Source: the human T2T-CHM13v2.0 reference genome, Homo sapiens. Taken from it: a DNA stretch of 64,000 nt. Shown piece by piece: positions 1 to 17,719 of this stretch; position 1 is the stretch's first letter, and each line of letters opens with the position of its first letter. The translations under genes were made by a program, and so were the position numbers. Below the pieces are notes generated by a model. It saw only the letters and a list, made by a program, of their open reading frames with translations, was not told the DNA's origin and did not search any database. The DNA lies in the NCBI RefSeq assembly GCF_009914755.1, contig NC_060926.1; one strand, 5' to 3'.

Positions 1-408
1 ACCTGCTGTTGGCCAGGGTATGTGCAGTGCATATTTCTTCCTTCACTTACTCTTCAAAACAGCCACAAATTATAAAATGGAAATATCAGGCAGAGGGGGG
101 TTAAATCTTTGGCCACCCAGACATCAATGACAGAGCTAACATTTGAATGCGGTTTTGTTTGACTCTAGAACTCATGTTCTTTCCATTGCTTTAAGCTACA
201 TTTGTTTCCTTCACAGAATTGTTTCACTGTAAATTTTATCCACCCAAGAAAATGCAGAAATATATTTTTATACAAATGTATACTGTTTAAACTTGCTAAT
301 ACTTACTTAGCCTTTTGAATAAACTTGATAAGTCATTGGATTTTATGTATAGAGTTATGAAATGTTATCCCTCATAATTGGGTGTCCTGAGTAGTTAGAG
401 GAACTTAC

Positions 409-507
409 GTCACTCAGTTGTTTGGAATTGACTTGGGCTTGTAGCAGAACAGGAGAGTCTGTAACTTGGGTGAATTTTGTCTTATCTGGATGGACTTTGT
501 AGGTGTG
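409..507 (-). CDS. NEB: Nebulin coding exon 17 (HTYKVHPDKTKFTQVTDSPVLLQAQVNSKQLSD); gene continues left of the window
   Basis: 99 nt, cag| acceptor, |gtaagt donor, phase 0; translation matches recalled nebulin. Confidence 0.96.
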
Positions 508-919
508 CTGTGGGGAAGCAAAGGCATTTGGTTTAGTAGTATCACCTGTCAGATCCAAGGTGGCCCACAGGCCAAGCAAATAGAACCTCATGCCCCACAA
601 AGCAATGAAACTTGTAGTTAATAAAATATATTTTTTTCTAACTAGACTGTAGTTTGAGAGGTGCTCTTATATCTGTATGAGAAACTTTCCTATATCTTCG
701 GGTTTCCAATAACTCTTCTTTGGGAAAATGAGCTAGAATTACCTCTTAAAATGTAGGGATGTCAACAAGGGAAAATAGGATGTTTACTACAAAATAGACT
801 TCATTTCTTGCGATTGCCTGGCTTACATTTATTTGTAAAAGTGGCAACATTTTAAACATATCCTGACCACTAGATGCTATGGAAGGCAGTCACATTCAAA
901 GTTCAGACTACAGACTTAC

Positions 920-1024
920 GTCTTTACACTGATCTAGTTTCTTAATTGCTTCATATTCTTGAGTTATGGTCTGAGGGAAGAAGCCTTTGCCTCTGTCTTC
1001 TTCGTATTCTGCTTTGTAGTTTTT
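920..1024 (-). CDS. NEB: Nebulin exon 16 (KNYKAEYEEDRGKGFFPQTITQEYEAIKKLDQCKD)
   Basis: 105 nt, AG/GTAAGT boundaries, nebulin module. Confidence 0.96.
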
Positions 1025-1121
1025 CTATGAGGAGAAGAAATTAGGCATAAGATGCAGCCATTGTATTCATGCCCTGAGAAAAATGTTATTTGGAAAGTCA
1101 AACAATTGTCTTAGAACTTAC

Positions 1122-1229
1122 ATCACTGTTTTGAGCTGTGACTTTCATGCAGTGTGAATGGTATGGATCCTCGAAGCTGCCTACATAATGTCCCAAAATA
1201 TCTTTTAAGTAGGAATCTTTATATTTTTT
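1122..1229 (-). CDS. NEB: Nebulin exon 15 (KKYKDSYLKDILGHYVGSFEDPYHSHCMKVTAQNSD)
   Basis: 108 nt, AG/GTAAGT boundaries, nebulin module. Confidence 0.96.
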
Positions 1230-1315
1230 CTGCAAGACAAAACATACTTCATTTATTAATTGGTGAAATAATGGGTTCTTTTTTTAACAGAAAGAGTGAC
1301 AGTAGGATTGCTTAC

Positions 1316-1420
1316 ATCACTACTGAAGTTCTGCAGAACAGTATCGAGCTTGAATTTGGGGGTCTCGCAGTAATTTATGCTCTTTGCTTTTGTCTTTTCA
1401 TAGTTTTCCTTGTATAGTTT
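1316..1420 (-). CDS. NEB: Nebulin exon 14 (KLYKENYEKTKAKSINYCETPKFKLDTVLQNFSSD)
   Basis: 105 nt, AG/GTAAGC boundaries, nebulin module. Confidence 0.96.
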
Positions 1421-1556
1421 CTGTCAAAGAAAAAAAATTCAGTTAAAGTAGATTCCTGTCACTCCCACGCTGATTATAACACTTACATTTTCTAACACTA
1501 AACAAAAGATGAAGAAAAGATATCGCCTGTCAACTGTCTTAAAAACTGACAATTGA

Positions 1557-1930
<374 letters not shown>

Positions 1931-1982
1931 TTAGCAATTATTATAAGGCCTAAGTTTCATACATTCCAAACTCAAAAAAATT

Positions 1983-2819
<837 letters not shown>

Positions 2820-2856
2820 TGATATTCCCCTTCCTGTGTCCATGTGATCTCATTGT

Positions 2857-6685
<3,829 letters not shown>

Positions 6686-6740
6686 TATGATGTTAGCTTG
6701 CTCGTTAGTTGATGCAGTTTCTTCCTAGTCTCGATGGTCT

Positions 6741-7753
6741 TTACATTTGGGCATGATTTTGCAGTGGCTGGTACCGGTTGTTGCTTTCCATGTTTAGCGC
6801 TTCCTTCAGAAGCTCTTTTAGGGCAGGCCTGGTGGTGACAAAATCTCTCAGCATTTGCTTGTCTGTAAAGTATTTTATTTCTCCTTCACTTATGAAGCTT
6901 AGTTTGGCTGGATATGAAATTCTGGGTTGAAAATTCTTTTCTTTAAGAATGTTGAATATTGGCCCCCACTGTCTTCTGGCTTGTAGGGTTTCTGCTGAGA
7001 GATCCGCTGTTAGTCTGATGGGCTTCCCTTTGAGGGTAACCCGACCTTTCTCTCTGGCTGCCCTTAACATTTTTTCCTTCATTTCAACTTTGGTGAATCT
7101 GACAATTATGTGTCTTGGAGTTGCTCTTCTCAAGGAGTATCTTTGTGGCGTTCTCTGTATTTCCTGAATCTGAACGTTGGCCTGCCTAGATTGGGGAAGT
7201 TCTCCTGGATAATATCCTGCAGAGTGTTTTCCAACTTGGTTCCATTCTCCCCATCACTTTCAGGTACACCAATGAGACGTAGATTTGGTCTTTTCACATA
7301 GTCCCATACTTCTTGGAGGCTTTGCTCATTTCTTTTTATTCTTTTTTCTCTAAACTTCCCTTCTCGCTTCATTTCATTCATTTCATCTTCCATTGCTGAT
7401 ACCCTTTCTTCCAGTTGATCGCATCGGCTCCTGAGGCTTCTGCATTCTTCACGTAGTTCTCGAGCCTTGGTTTTCAGCTCCATCAGCTCCTTTAAGCACT
7501 TCTCTGTATTGGTTATTCTAGTTATACATTCTTCTAAATTTTTTTCAAAGTTTTCAACTTCTTTGCCTTTGGTTTGAATGTCCTCCCGTAGCTCAGAGTA
7601 ATTTGATCGTCTGAAGCCTTCTTCTCTCAGCTCGTCAAAGTCATTCTCCATCCAGCTTTATTCCGTTGCTGGTGAGGAACTGCGTTCCTTTGGAGGAGGA
7701 GAGGCGCTCTGCGTTTTAGAGTTTCCAGTTTTTCTGTTCTGTTTTTTCCCCAT
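6741..7753 (-). pseudogene. L1 ORF1, inactivated (TAA at codon 32, 7658-7660; ~4-bp deletion near 7186)
   Basis: ATGGGGAAAAAACAG start at 7753; ORF split into 7130..7651 and 6741..7133. Confidence 0.88.
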
Positions 7754-8208
7754 CTTTGTGGTTTTATCTACTCTTGGTCTTTGATGATGGTGATGTACAG
7801 ATGGGTTTTTGGTGTGGATGTCCTTTCTGTTTGTTAGTTTTCCTTCTAACAGACAGGACCCTCAGCTGCAGGTCTGTTGGAATACCCTGCCGTGTGAGGT
7901 GTCAGTGTGCCCCTGCTGGGGGGTGCCTCCCAGTTAGGCTGCTCGGGGGTCAGGGGTCAGGGACCCACTTGAGGAGGCAGTCTGCCCGTTCTCAGATCTC
8001 CAGCTGCGTGCTGGGAGAACCACTGCTCTCTTCAAAGCTGTCAGACAGGGACATTTAAGTCTGCAGAGGTTACTGCTGTCTTTTTGTTTGTCTGTGCCCT
8101 GCCCCCAGAGGTGGAGCCTACAGAGGCAGGCAGGCCTCCTTGAGCTGTGGTGGGCTCCACCCAGTTCGAGCTTCCCGGCTGCTTTGTTTACCTAATCAAG
8201 CCTGGGCA

Positions 8209-8424
8209 ATGGCGGGCGCCCCTCCCCCAGCCTCGCTGCCGCCTTGCAGTTTGATCTCAGACTGCTGTGCTAGCAATCAGCGAGACTCCGTGGGCGTAGG
8301 ACCCTCCGAGCCAGGTGCAGGATATAATCTCGTGGTGCGCCGTTTTTTAAGCCGGTCAGAAAAGCGCAATATTCGGGAGGGAGTGACCCGATTTTCCAGG
8401 TGCGTCCGTCACCCCTTTCTTTGA
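8209..8424 (+). CDS. L1 ORF0 (71 aa, MAGAPPPASLPPCSLISDCC...RCVRHPFL) in the antisense 5'UTR
   Basis: ATG at 8209 in GCAATGG context, open to TGA; matches recalled primate ORF0; expression unproven. Confidence 0.7.
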   Translation: MAGAPPPASLPPCSLISDCCASNQRDSVGVGPSEPGAGYNLVVRRFLSRSEKRNIREGVTRFSRCVRHPFL

Positions 8425-9226
8425 GTCGGAAAGGTAACTCTCTGACCCCTTGCGCTTCCCAAGTGAGGCAATGCCTCGCCCTGCTTCGGCTCACGCACAG
8501 TGCGAGCACTCACTGACCTGCGCCCACTGTCTGGCACTCCCTAGTGAGATGAACCCGGTACCTCAGATGGAAATGCAGAAATCACCCGTCTTCTGCGTCG
8601 CTCGCTCACGCTGGGAGCTGTAGACCGGAGCTGTTCCTATTCGGCCATCTTGGCTCCTCCCCAAACTCAAAAAATTAAGAAACCAATATGCCACCTCTGA
8701 CCACGTCCTTAGTAGCAGAGATTCTTGTGTATTTGTAAATTGCTGCCCTCTCTGTCTCTTAGCTCACATACTCTTTCCTCACTGATAGCACCACAGCAAA
8801 CACAGGTTTTAAGCAATTGCAAGTTGTTTAATTTTTTTAAACAAACCTTCATGAAAAAGTTATATAAGGTGAGAAATACGCAATCTCCCTCCCTCCTATA
8901 CCTATAAGAAATCTCTTATTATACAAACAATTAGCCTTCAAAATTATATATATATATATGAACTGGTACTAAGAGTTACTACTAACTCTTCTTCTCTGCC
9001 AGGATTTACCTTTAGCTTGAACAAGAAGAAGCAATGATTAGTTTTAAATATGCAGCTGATAAAGCAGATTATTGTCACTTTTTTCATTCTGGGTTTTCAA
9101 AATGTAAATGATGCTATTCATGTTTAATATTTTTATATTCCTGTCTTTATCAACAAAGGAGATTTGAACTTGGGCTTTTAGATGTTTAATAAGGATGTTT
9201 TTCACTTAGAGAGTAAAACTGCTTCA

Positions 9227-9862
9227 AACTGCTTTTACACTATGGGTGGGAATATAAATTAGCACAGCCACCATGGAAAACAGTATGGAGATTCCTTAAA
9301 GAACTGAAAATAGAACTACCATTCAATCCAGCAATCCCATCACTGAGTATCTACCCAAAGGAAAAGAAATAATATGAAAAAGACACATGCATAAGCATGT
9401 TCATAGCAGCACAATTCACAATTGCAAAGATGTGGAACCAACCTGAGGGCCCATCAACCAACGAGAGGATAAAGAAAATGTGGTATATATACAGCATGGA
9501 ATGCTACTCAGCCATGAAAATGAATGAAATAATGTCTTTCAAAGCAACTTGAATGGAGCTGGAGGCCATTATTCTAAATGAAGTAACTCAGGAATGAAAA
9601 ACCAAATATCATATGCTCTCACTTATAAGTGGAAGCTAAGCTATGAGGACACAAAGGCAGAAGAATGATATAATGGACTTTGGGGACTTGAGTGGAATGT
9701 TGGGGTGGGAGTGAGGGAGTAAAGACTACATATTGATCATAGTGTACACTGTAGGTGATGGGTGCACCAAAATCTCAGCAATCAACACTAAAGAACTTTT
9801 CCATGTAACCAAAAACCACCTGTACCCCAACAATGACTGAAATAAAATGTTTTTTAAAAGAA
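9227..9862 (+). mobile_element. 5'-truncated older L1 3' end (L1PB/L1MA-like)
   Basis: ORF2 C-terminal and 3'UTR similarity ending aataaaatg...aaaagaaa. Confidence 0.8.
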
Positions 9863-10653
9863 AGCAAACGTGCTTTACAGTGATTTCCCAGCAGAGCTAT
9901 TTGGGCAGATCCATTTATACCCTCTCACTTGCCACTTTCCCACACCTGCTCCCCAACCACACACACATATTTCCTATGCTGCTGACTTAGTTCAAGGGAC
10001 AAAGAAAAGATAACTAACCCACACAGACAGCTACATAAAATCCACAAATGCTAGGAAAGCTTAATGCAAACCTAACCGTAAGAGATAAACTCAAATCATC
10101 ACATATTCAATCTCTCTCTCTCTCTCTCAGGCTGTTAGTCCTTTAATCCCAAGCCCAGTCTCGTTTGCCTAATATGCTTTAAATTGAACGGCTTAGTCGG
10201 GCTCTTAATAATTGCACAATTAGAAAGTCCTGTGAAGACTTAGGGGCCCATCTTTTAAGTTCTGTTGTTGGCAAATGATGGTTTCTGGGGCCAAGATCTA
10301 TCTTTGAAAGTCTCCTTCTGCTTCTGTCAAAATCACAACACGTCTGCAATGTGGAGACCCAGGTGCCCGGAGCTCATAAGCAACACATCCATATGGAGGC
10401 CCAGGTGCCCAGAGCTCCTAAGCAAGTGAGAATTTCCCTGCCCATTGAATTAACCCCACAGAACCACAAACAGTAAGGCACATTGTACTCAGAGGGACTC
10501 ATGCCTTTCTGTGGTTACATAGTTCCAATGAACCTACCACTCCATAACCTTAATGTATTTGCAAAGTTATATATTCATTTAGTCATTAAAGGAGAAAATT
10601 TTCATCTCTTTTGCAGCTAAGGTTTAAAAACACTTTGACAAAAATATACTTAC

Positions 10654-10770
10654 GTCACTTAGGGCATCTCCTGCTGCCTTCAGCTGCCTAAGCTGTGGGT
10701 TCTCTGAAGCAGGAAGCACATTATAATCTGCTTTTCCTTTATTCTTTTCATAGTCTTCTTTGTATTTTAC
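10654..10770 (-). CDS. NEB: Nebulin exon 13 (VKYKEDYEKNKGKADYNVLPASENPQLRQLKAAGDALSD)
   Basis: 117 nt, AG/GTAAGT boundaries. Confidence 0.96.
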
Positions 10771-11749
10771 CTGTAGGAGTGAAATAAAATGATAAAGTAA
10801 CTCTATGGGTTATTTTTGCCCCCGTCTCTATTATGAATATGACATACTTCCACAAATCAATTTTCTCTTTAGAAAAATGGCAGCTTGACATTTTATAAAC
10901 AAAATACTCATAGTAACTCTTAAAAGCAGCAGAGAAACTGCATAAATTTCCAGGATGCTTTTTCTTCCCATTCATTTATTCATTCAAAATTATCCATAGG
11001 GTGTCAATTCTGTTTCTGGCTTGGGGACAGATATAAGAAAGAACACATGGTCCTTGCCCTCAAAGAGAGAGATACAGAAATAATAGGAGGGAGAAAGAAA
11101 TCCAAATAGTGATCATGCATAATGTCCCAGATACCTGCTGCTATAGAACCTTCACTCAGCTCTCAACCCCCAGCTACCTACCTGCCAACACGCTCCTAAA
11201 GAAAGGAAGCTGGAAGTACCACTAATCCACGCTTTTATGCCTCACCTGCAACTGTGCATGGAGCACACATGTATTCAATTTACAAGTAGGAGGAGGAGGA
11301 TGGAGCAGGGAGAAGGAGCCTTGCTTTTCCTTCTGCTGTTCCTATTTGCACTTTTAATTCCAGCTATGGCAGAAGCAGCAAGTTGAGGGGTGTTGGGGGA
11401 GAATAGGGAAGGCAGGGTTCACAAGCCCCCATCAGGAGCCTGTCCACAGGGATTAGAACAAGAAACTGATCCTGGTTCCCACCATGATCCCCAGTGTAAG
11501 CCCTTTATTCAGGCAATATAAGCACAGAAGTTCAAGGAATCCTAGATAAATCTACCACTTATGAACTCAGAAAACAAGGCAATCAGCTTGGTATCCAAAG
11601 GCAAGAGATACACAAGGGAAGCACAGAGGCATCAACCCCTCAGCCTCCACAGAGCATCACGACAGTATGCTACAGTAATGGGAGACTCAGATCACTTTTC
11701 CACCTTAGAGAATTAACTGTTTCCTTGAAAAATGGAAACGACCAGAAAG

Positions 11750-12770
11750 CAGATTCACAAACTTTACTCTCCCCCTACCCGCATCTGGGATACACAGCCT
11801 TCTCCCCTGTTATGCAGATGAACTGTCAGGGCTTGTGGCAAAGCCATCCCCTCCTCTTAAGCACCAAATCTCTTCCCCTTCCACCTGCTCTAGGATATCA
11901 CTCCAGACATTCTTCCCCATTCCAACATCACCAAATCTTCCCTTTCTACTGGATTCTTGGATCAACATGATGCTTTTGTTTCGTATCTTAAAAAGTCCCT
12001 CTTTACCCAGTTTTTCATTAGCTACTTGCCCATTTTCTTCTTTTCTTACCAGGAAAATACTTAGAAAGAGTTGAATATACTTATATCTTCAATTTCCCTC
12101 TTTTCATTCACTTGTGAATCCTCTCTAAGCAGACTCCACCAAATTGCTCTTGTTCAGGTCACCAGAGACCAGACATTGGTAAATCCATTTCAGAGACATT
12201 TGACACAGTTGATGACTCCCTTCCCCCTTCACTTGCTTCCCAACGCATTGCCCTCTCCTGATTTTGCTTCTCCCTCATCTTACATATATGTTCCCATGGA
12301 AGGACCCCAGAGTTCAGCCCCTAAAGTTTTCTGTTTACACTCACTCCCTTGATGCTCTCCAGACTCATGGCATGAAACACTCTCTGTATGTTGATGACAC
12401 CCCAGTTTATACAACTTTCCATATATCTCCCCTGAAACTTCAGGCTCATGTAGTCGACTGACCTCTGACACTTCCATGTGGATGTCTAAAAGGCATCTCA
12501 AATCTACCATATCTGAAGATGAGCTCTTGTCTGTCCTCCAAAAAAATTACCAACTTCTTCCATAGTCTTCCCTGTCTCAATAAAGGGAAACCCCATTCAT
12601 CTAACTGCTTAGACCAAAACCCGTGTCATCCAATCCATCAGCAAATCAAGTCAGCTGTGCTTTCAAAAGACTTCTTATCACCTGCCCTGCTACCCTCCTG
12701 GTCCAAAACACCGTCTTACACGTGGATGCTGTAACAGCCTTCTAAGTGATGTAATCCTGCTTTCTCCAGC
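11750..12770 (+). mobile_element. Degenerate L2 fragments
   Basis: Pyrimidine-rich L2-like tracts (gatgacacccc, ggatgtctaaaaggcatctcaaa). Confidence 0.55.
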
Positions 12771-13427
12771 ATAGCCAAGGCCAGGGTTAGAACCAAGTGT
12801 GTTTGGCTTCGAAGTTTATGCTCTCTTTAGTGACCATCGTGCTTTAGAATGCTAAGGACTCAGGCCATTCACCAAAGTCACTCAATCAAACATATGGAAA
12901 TATCCATGGATTTATGAACCTGCGACCAGGTTTTTTCATAGTCAGTGGGAAAATAAGAAAAATAATGATAGTGTTGCATGTATGATTGCCTATCTTCATA
13001 TAAGGCCACCAATTGCCTCTTCCTGGGGGGAGAAGTCCTGCTGTCTAAGATTACAATCTTTCTCCTTCTAAACAGCAAAAGGCCCTTCCAGTGAGAAGAC
13101 ACTAAATCAAATTGATAAATGTACAGTTTGGTTCCTCAGGCAAATAATAAATTAGGAAATATTGAAGATGGTAATTAGATGTTATTAATGCTCATACATG
13201 GCAAAACATTTTTAGTAGCCCCATTATAATTCCAAAGTACTTTTGTTGTTGTTCTTGTTGTTTCAATTCTACTCTTTTTCAAATGCCTCACATCCACTGG
13301 TCTCAGCCCTGGTAGTTCCCCCAAGAACCACTCCTCCCCTTTTTTACTAATTATATACAAGAGCCAAAGTTATAAGAAATTTACCCACACTCAAACCATC
13401 AAGATAAATGGGATGATTTCCTCATAC

Positions 13428-13535
13428 CTTGCTAGCTGCCACACCAGCTTTTTTATTCATTTTATACTCTGGTGTTTCGGTCTGCATGAAGTAGATCTGG
13501 TCTTTCATGTTTTCAAAATCTTCCTGGTATTTCCT
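13428..13535 (-). CDS. NEB: Nebulin exon 12 (RKYQEDFENMKDQIYFMQTETPEYKMNKKAGVAASK)
   Basis: 108 nt, AG/GTATGA boundaries. Confidence 0.96.
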
Positions 13536-14205
13536 CTGTAAGACATCAGACAAGCTGAAGAACTGCTGTGGAAATGAACTATGCAAGAATTTCCATGAGA
13601 AGACACAGGGATTTGGAAAAGTTACACAATGCCACCCTGTCCTTGGTTTAGGCTGGTCAGATTACAATTAGAGAATGTGGTACCATTACAAAAATGATTA
13701 GCAACTTAACAGAGATTTAGAACAATTAAAATAGGCTAAAAACAGAATTAGAAAGGCTTTTCTTGGCTACCAAGAAAGATCTCTTAAGGGCCAGGAGCAG
13801 GGAACTTAAGAGAAAAGAAAAACAATAGACTTATGTTTTCCAGTGAGGAGATGCTAAATTAATCAATTTCATAACTGTACAATTTGGCTCCTCAGGCAAA
13901 GAATAATTAAAAAGAGTCCCTTTAACTTGTACTAATCTCACTTTGCAGTCAGTAAGAGGGTCTTACCATAATGTGTTGTAAAAATTGAGGTAGAAATAAT
14001 GGCATGTGGCCAAAATAATATTTCTCAAAAGGAAAGAGAGTTTGGGAAATTTCTTTCTTAAAAGGAACTCTGCACCAGGTCTTGCCCCAAGAAGAGGGGC
14101 CTCAAGTGTTCTGGCACCCATTCAGGTAGAGCAAGTAGCTAGAAGTCACTAAGGAAAGGGGTCTCCCTCCCAGGATGACCAACCAGCCATCCCTTCCCAC
14201 TTAAC

Positions 14206-14310
14206 TGTGCTAATGTTATCAGCATTCATTCTGGCATTTGCAACTTCAAAGCAAGGTGTCTCACTCCATTTGCCTTTGATTTTATTTTCATAGTCTTCTT
14301 TGTATTTTTG
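14206..14310 (-). CDS. NEB: Nebulin exon 11 (QKYKEDYENKIKGKWSETPCFEVANARMNADNIST)
   Basis: 105 nt, AG acceptor, weak GTTAAG donor. Confidence 0.95.
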
Positions 14311-17300
14311 CTAGAAAAAAGAAAAAGAAAATAAGACAAGCATAACTCATGAATTGACAAATAAGACAGCAAATTAAGAAATAATGATTAACTTTTAAAA
14401 ATATCTTCAGCAAGCCATTCTTAGGTCCTTAATAAATGCCTTTAAAAAAAATCTTCCAATGTACTGTCAATTTACCCAACCAGAAAGTTGGGCGATAGGG
14501 ATAGAGAATGGAGAAAGAGGGTACTAACGCCCCCTCCCCTTGCTGAGTTTGGGGACTTCATTCATTCGGAAGTTGCAGATGTCCCCTGATGTTTAAAGAA
14601 ATAGAGTCAGAAGTCATCCTCTATTTATATTTCAGTTACAATACAACCTATCAACCTGAGATTTCTATGCCAAATGAACTTAGCCGTTAATTTCTAAGCT
14701 TTACAAACACTCCTAGTTTTCCAGAAAGAAACAACCACAATAAAATTCAACTTGCAGGCTAACGAATAGATCTTCGCCTTTAGAGTTAAATTTAATAGGA
14801 ACTGGAAAGTAATTCAAAAATTGAATTATTGCCCCATCTGACTCCCAAATCCCACTCCATCTGAATCCCAGGCTGTAAGGCTCCTGGAAGAGAGAAGTGG
14901 TATGTCTTCTTCACTTTCATAGCCTCAGAACCCAACACAAAATGCAGCACACAGAAGTTACATCATAAATGTTTGTTCAACTACACTAAACTGAGACCAT
15001 GATATGCGGTTTTGAAATACCTTGGCTGAAGTGTTCTTGGAGCAGAATTAACCAAGCCAACCCCAAACCTGGGTCCATGAGCTAGAGCCCAAGCTGAGTT
15101 AGAGCAATTCTCCCTCCATGGCTCATAAAAATGTGTTAACAGACATAACTAATGGGTCTCAAGGCACTGGCATATGCCTACATCCCCACAATACCCTTTA
15201 AGGAAAAAGAAAATGTCTTTCTGGTATACCTTTAAGAGAAGGTGAGTGATGTGCAGAGTCAACGAGCTTGGGTTAGAGGAAACTTAGCCCTCACTCAAAT
15301 GCCTAATTTCCTTTCTTCTCAAAAGGTTAATATGTAAATAAATAGCCAACTGGTTTTCGTAGCTATAAATTTTAGAGTCCTGGGCCTGGGTTCAAACTCT
15401 GGGACCAAGACTTGACTTTGTCTTGACCAAATATGATTGTTTTCTCAGCCACAAGTGCTGGCAATAATATTTACAGAGAAGGCTGCTAGGAAGTTTAATA
15501 AGATCATTCGCTAAAGAGTGCTTTGTAAACCCCACAGTGCTAAGCAAATATAGGGTATAAAAATTGTAATAATAATAATAGTTATTACTATTGTCATCAT
15601 CATAACAGAAAGAAACTCTGTAAGAAAGAAAATTGTATGTGCGGGGAGGGAACAACTCTTCAATGGAAATCTTTGCTGAGATAAGATTTGTGCTATACTG
15701 CTGATTGATTTACCTGCACTCTGTTTTGAAGATTTAAAGAACAGAAGTCAATAAAATTGATTTCTGGATTTGCTAAGACTACTTATAGAAATGTTTCTCA
15801 TCTTTTTTTTGGAGACAGACCTCTTCAAGAAACTGAGAAAGCTATAAAATGCTCACAAACAGTTATAACTTCAGAGGTTCTTGATGTACACATACCTCAG
15901 GTTAGGATCTCCTAATGCATCATTTTTTGGAGAGACATGGCCCTACCTCTTGCTTGTTGTCAAAGGAGAAAAACCTTAGGATTGGGAAGGGGCAATTGGG
16001 CCTGATCCCCAAAACTGAGATCCAGAGAACTTTGAAATATAATTTAAAGTTGAGAAGGTAGCAGATATTCTTAATGAGGTCTAAATGTTGGGCATTTATC
16101 AAGAAATAGGCATTGCATATGTAGATTTGTTAAGGATAATTGAGCAGGAGATTAATTCTCACAGTGAGAGATAGATGTCTGGTTTTCAAGAAGATATTAA
16201 AACAAGATGCAAAACAAGAGTGTAAGATCACTCAACCCCCTCATCCAAAGTCCTTCCTTCCTTCTTAATCTTCACAGACCACGACATGTTATTTCCTCCT
16301 ATCCAGCAGCTGAAATGGGTCAGGGTGGAGATCGAGCTCTCACAATCCACTCCCGAGCACTGCCAAGTCTGGGAAGATTTTCATGACACAGGAGGAGGCT
16401 GGAGCTTGCTGGCTACTGAGGAAGTTATGGCCTTCTGTCTCATTTGTGAGTAGGAGAGAATTTGAAAGGACAAGGGTCCATAGGTGAAGGAGTGAGAGGA
16501 AGAGAGAGGTATGTGTCCATGTGGGACCCTCTCTACCAGCGAAGGGGTCCCACTCTGCAAGTCTGAGAGTGAGGCCAGAGCTTTTGTACAATACATGGAG
16601 ACGGGTTACTCACGTCAGGGTCCAACATTCAACCTTCCCAACATCCAAACACAACAGAGTTGGAGAGAAAGGTTAGGGGGAAACCTTTCTCTCCAAACTC
16701 TGTTGTACTTGCAGTTGAACGATGGAAACTTGGAAGAAAGAGTCAGTTTCACTTCTCTAGAATTTTTTTGGTTTGTTTAACAGAGGAATGTATGTCAGGC
16801 CAATTCCAAGCTCTGGGACACCTTCTCTGGGTAAGAGGGTGACCATGTGTCCATAGATACAGTAAGATTGTTTCCCTCCTCCTCAGAGGTCAGCTGAGGG
16901 GACTTCCATGGGGCCACAAACTGGGTACCCTTTGTCTTGCTTAAACATATAGCTTCATTATCTACTTTCAACATCTGAATCTGTAATTTTTATGTGGTTA
17001 CCAAATGGAAAGGAATACAAAGCCAGTTAATTACCCTTCTCTTTTTCTGTGAGGGGCTAAGCACTGGGACTCCTGATGGTTCCATTCATAGAAAAGTTAT
17101 CCCTGCAGAAAAGGTATAAAGAACCCAGCTGGTATTTTTATTGTCCACAGTGGGCCTAACACTGCCTGCTTGACTCAATCAAATCTCTTCTGGTGAAATC
17201 AATGGAAATCTTCCCAATTCTATGTGATGGAAGAATTTCCATGGTTTTAGAGGGCCTGGGCCTGGTATCCTCATGCTGTGTAACAATATGTCACTGAAAG

Positions 17301-17719
17301 ATTAGTTTTTTAAAAAAAATTTAGGCTCCAGTTGGTATCAGTGGGAAATTCCAACCTGAAATCTCATATTTTTTCTTTTGTGGATCTGGAAGGGAGCAGA
17401 GAGGCAGGTACAGAGAAACTAAAGGGACTTTCCAGTGTCGCATTCAGGGCCCCACTTTCAGCTGGTCATGGTGTGCATAGCTTCCCCACCTGGAAGGCCT
17501 GTTTCTATGAACAACTCTGACTGTTCATCTATGTTAGAGCTACAAAATACAGCTGAGACAGAAGGAAGTATGTAGCTAATGGCTTTGGCCAAAGACAAAG
17601 GTGAGAGAATTGATTCTGACAGGTGTAGTAAGGAAGGCTGGCAAACGGAAGGTAACATTAGTGTAATCACTGCAGATATGCAATCATTACCATCTGAACT
17701 GGGAGCTGTAAGAAAAGGG

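Noticed and set aside
12878-12960. PTDYEKTW as a cryptic nebulin-module exon in intron 12
   Set aside because: Only DYEK resembles the module; no YK, no clean splice pair, early stop.
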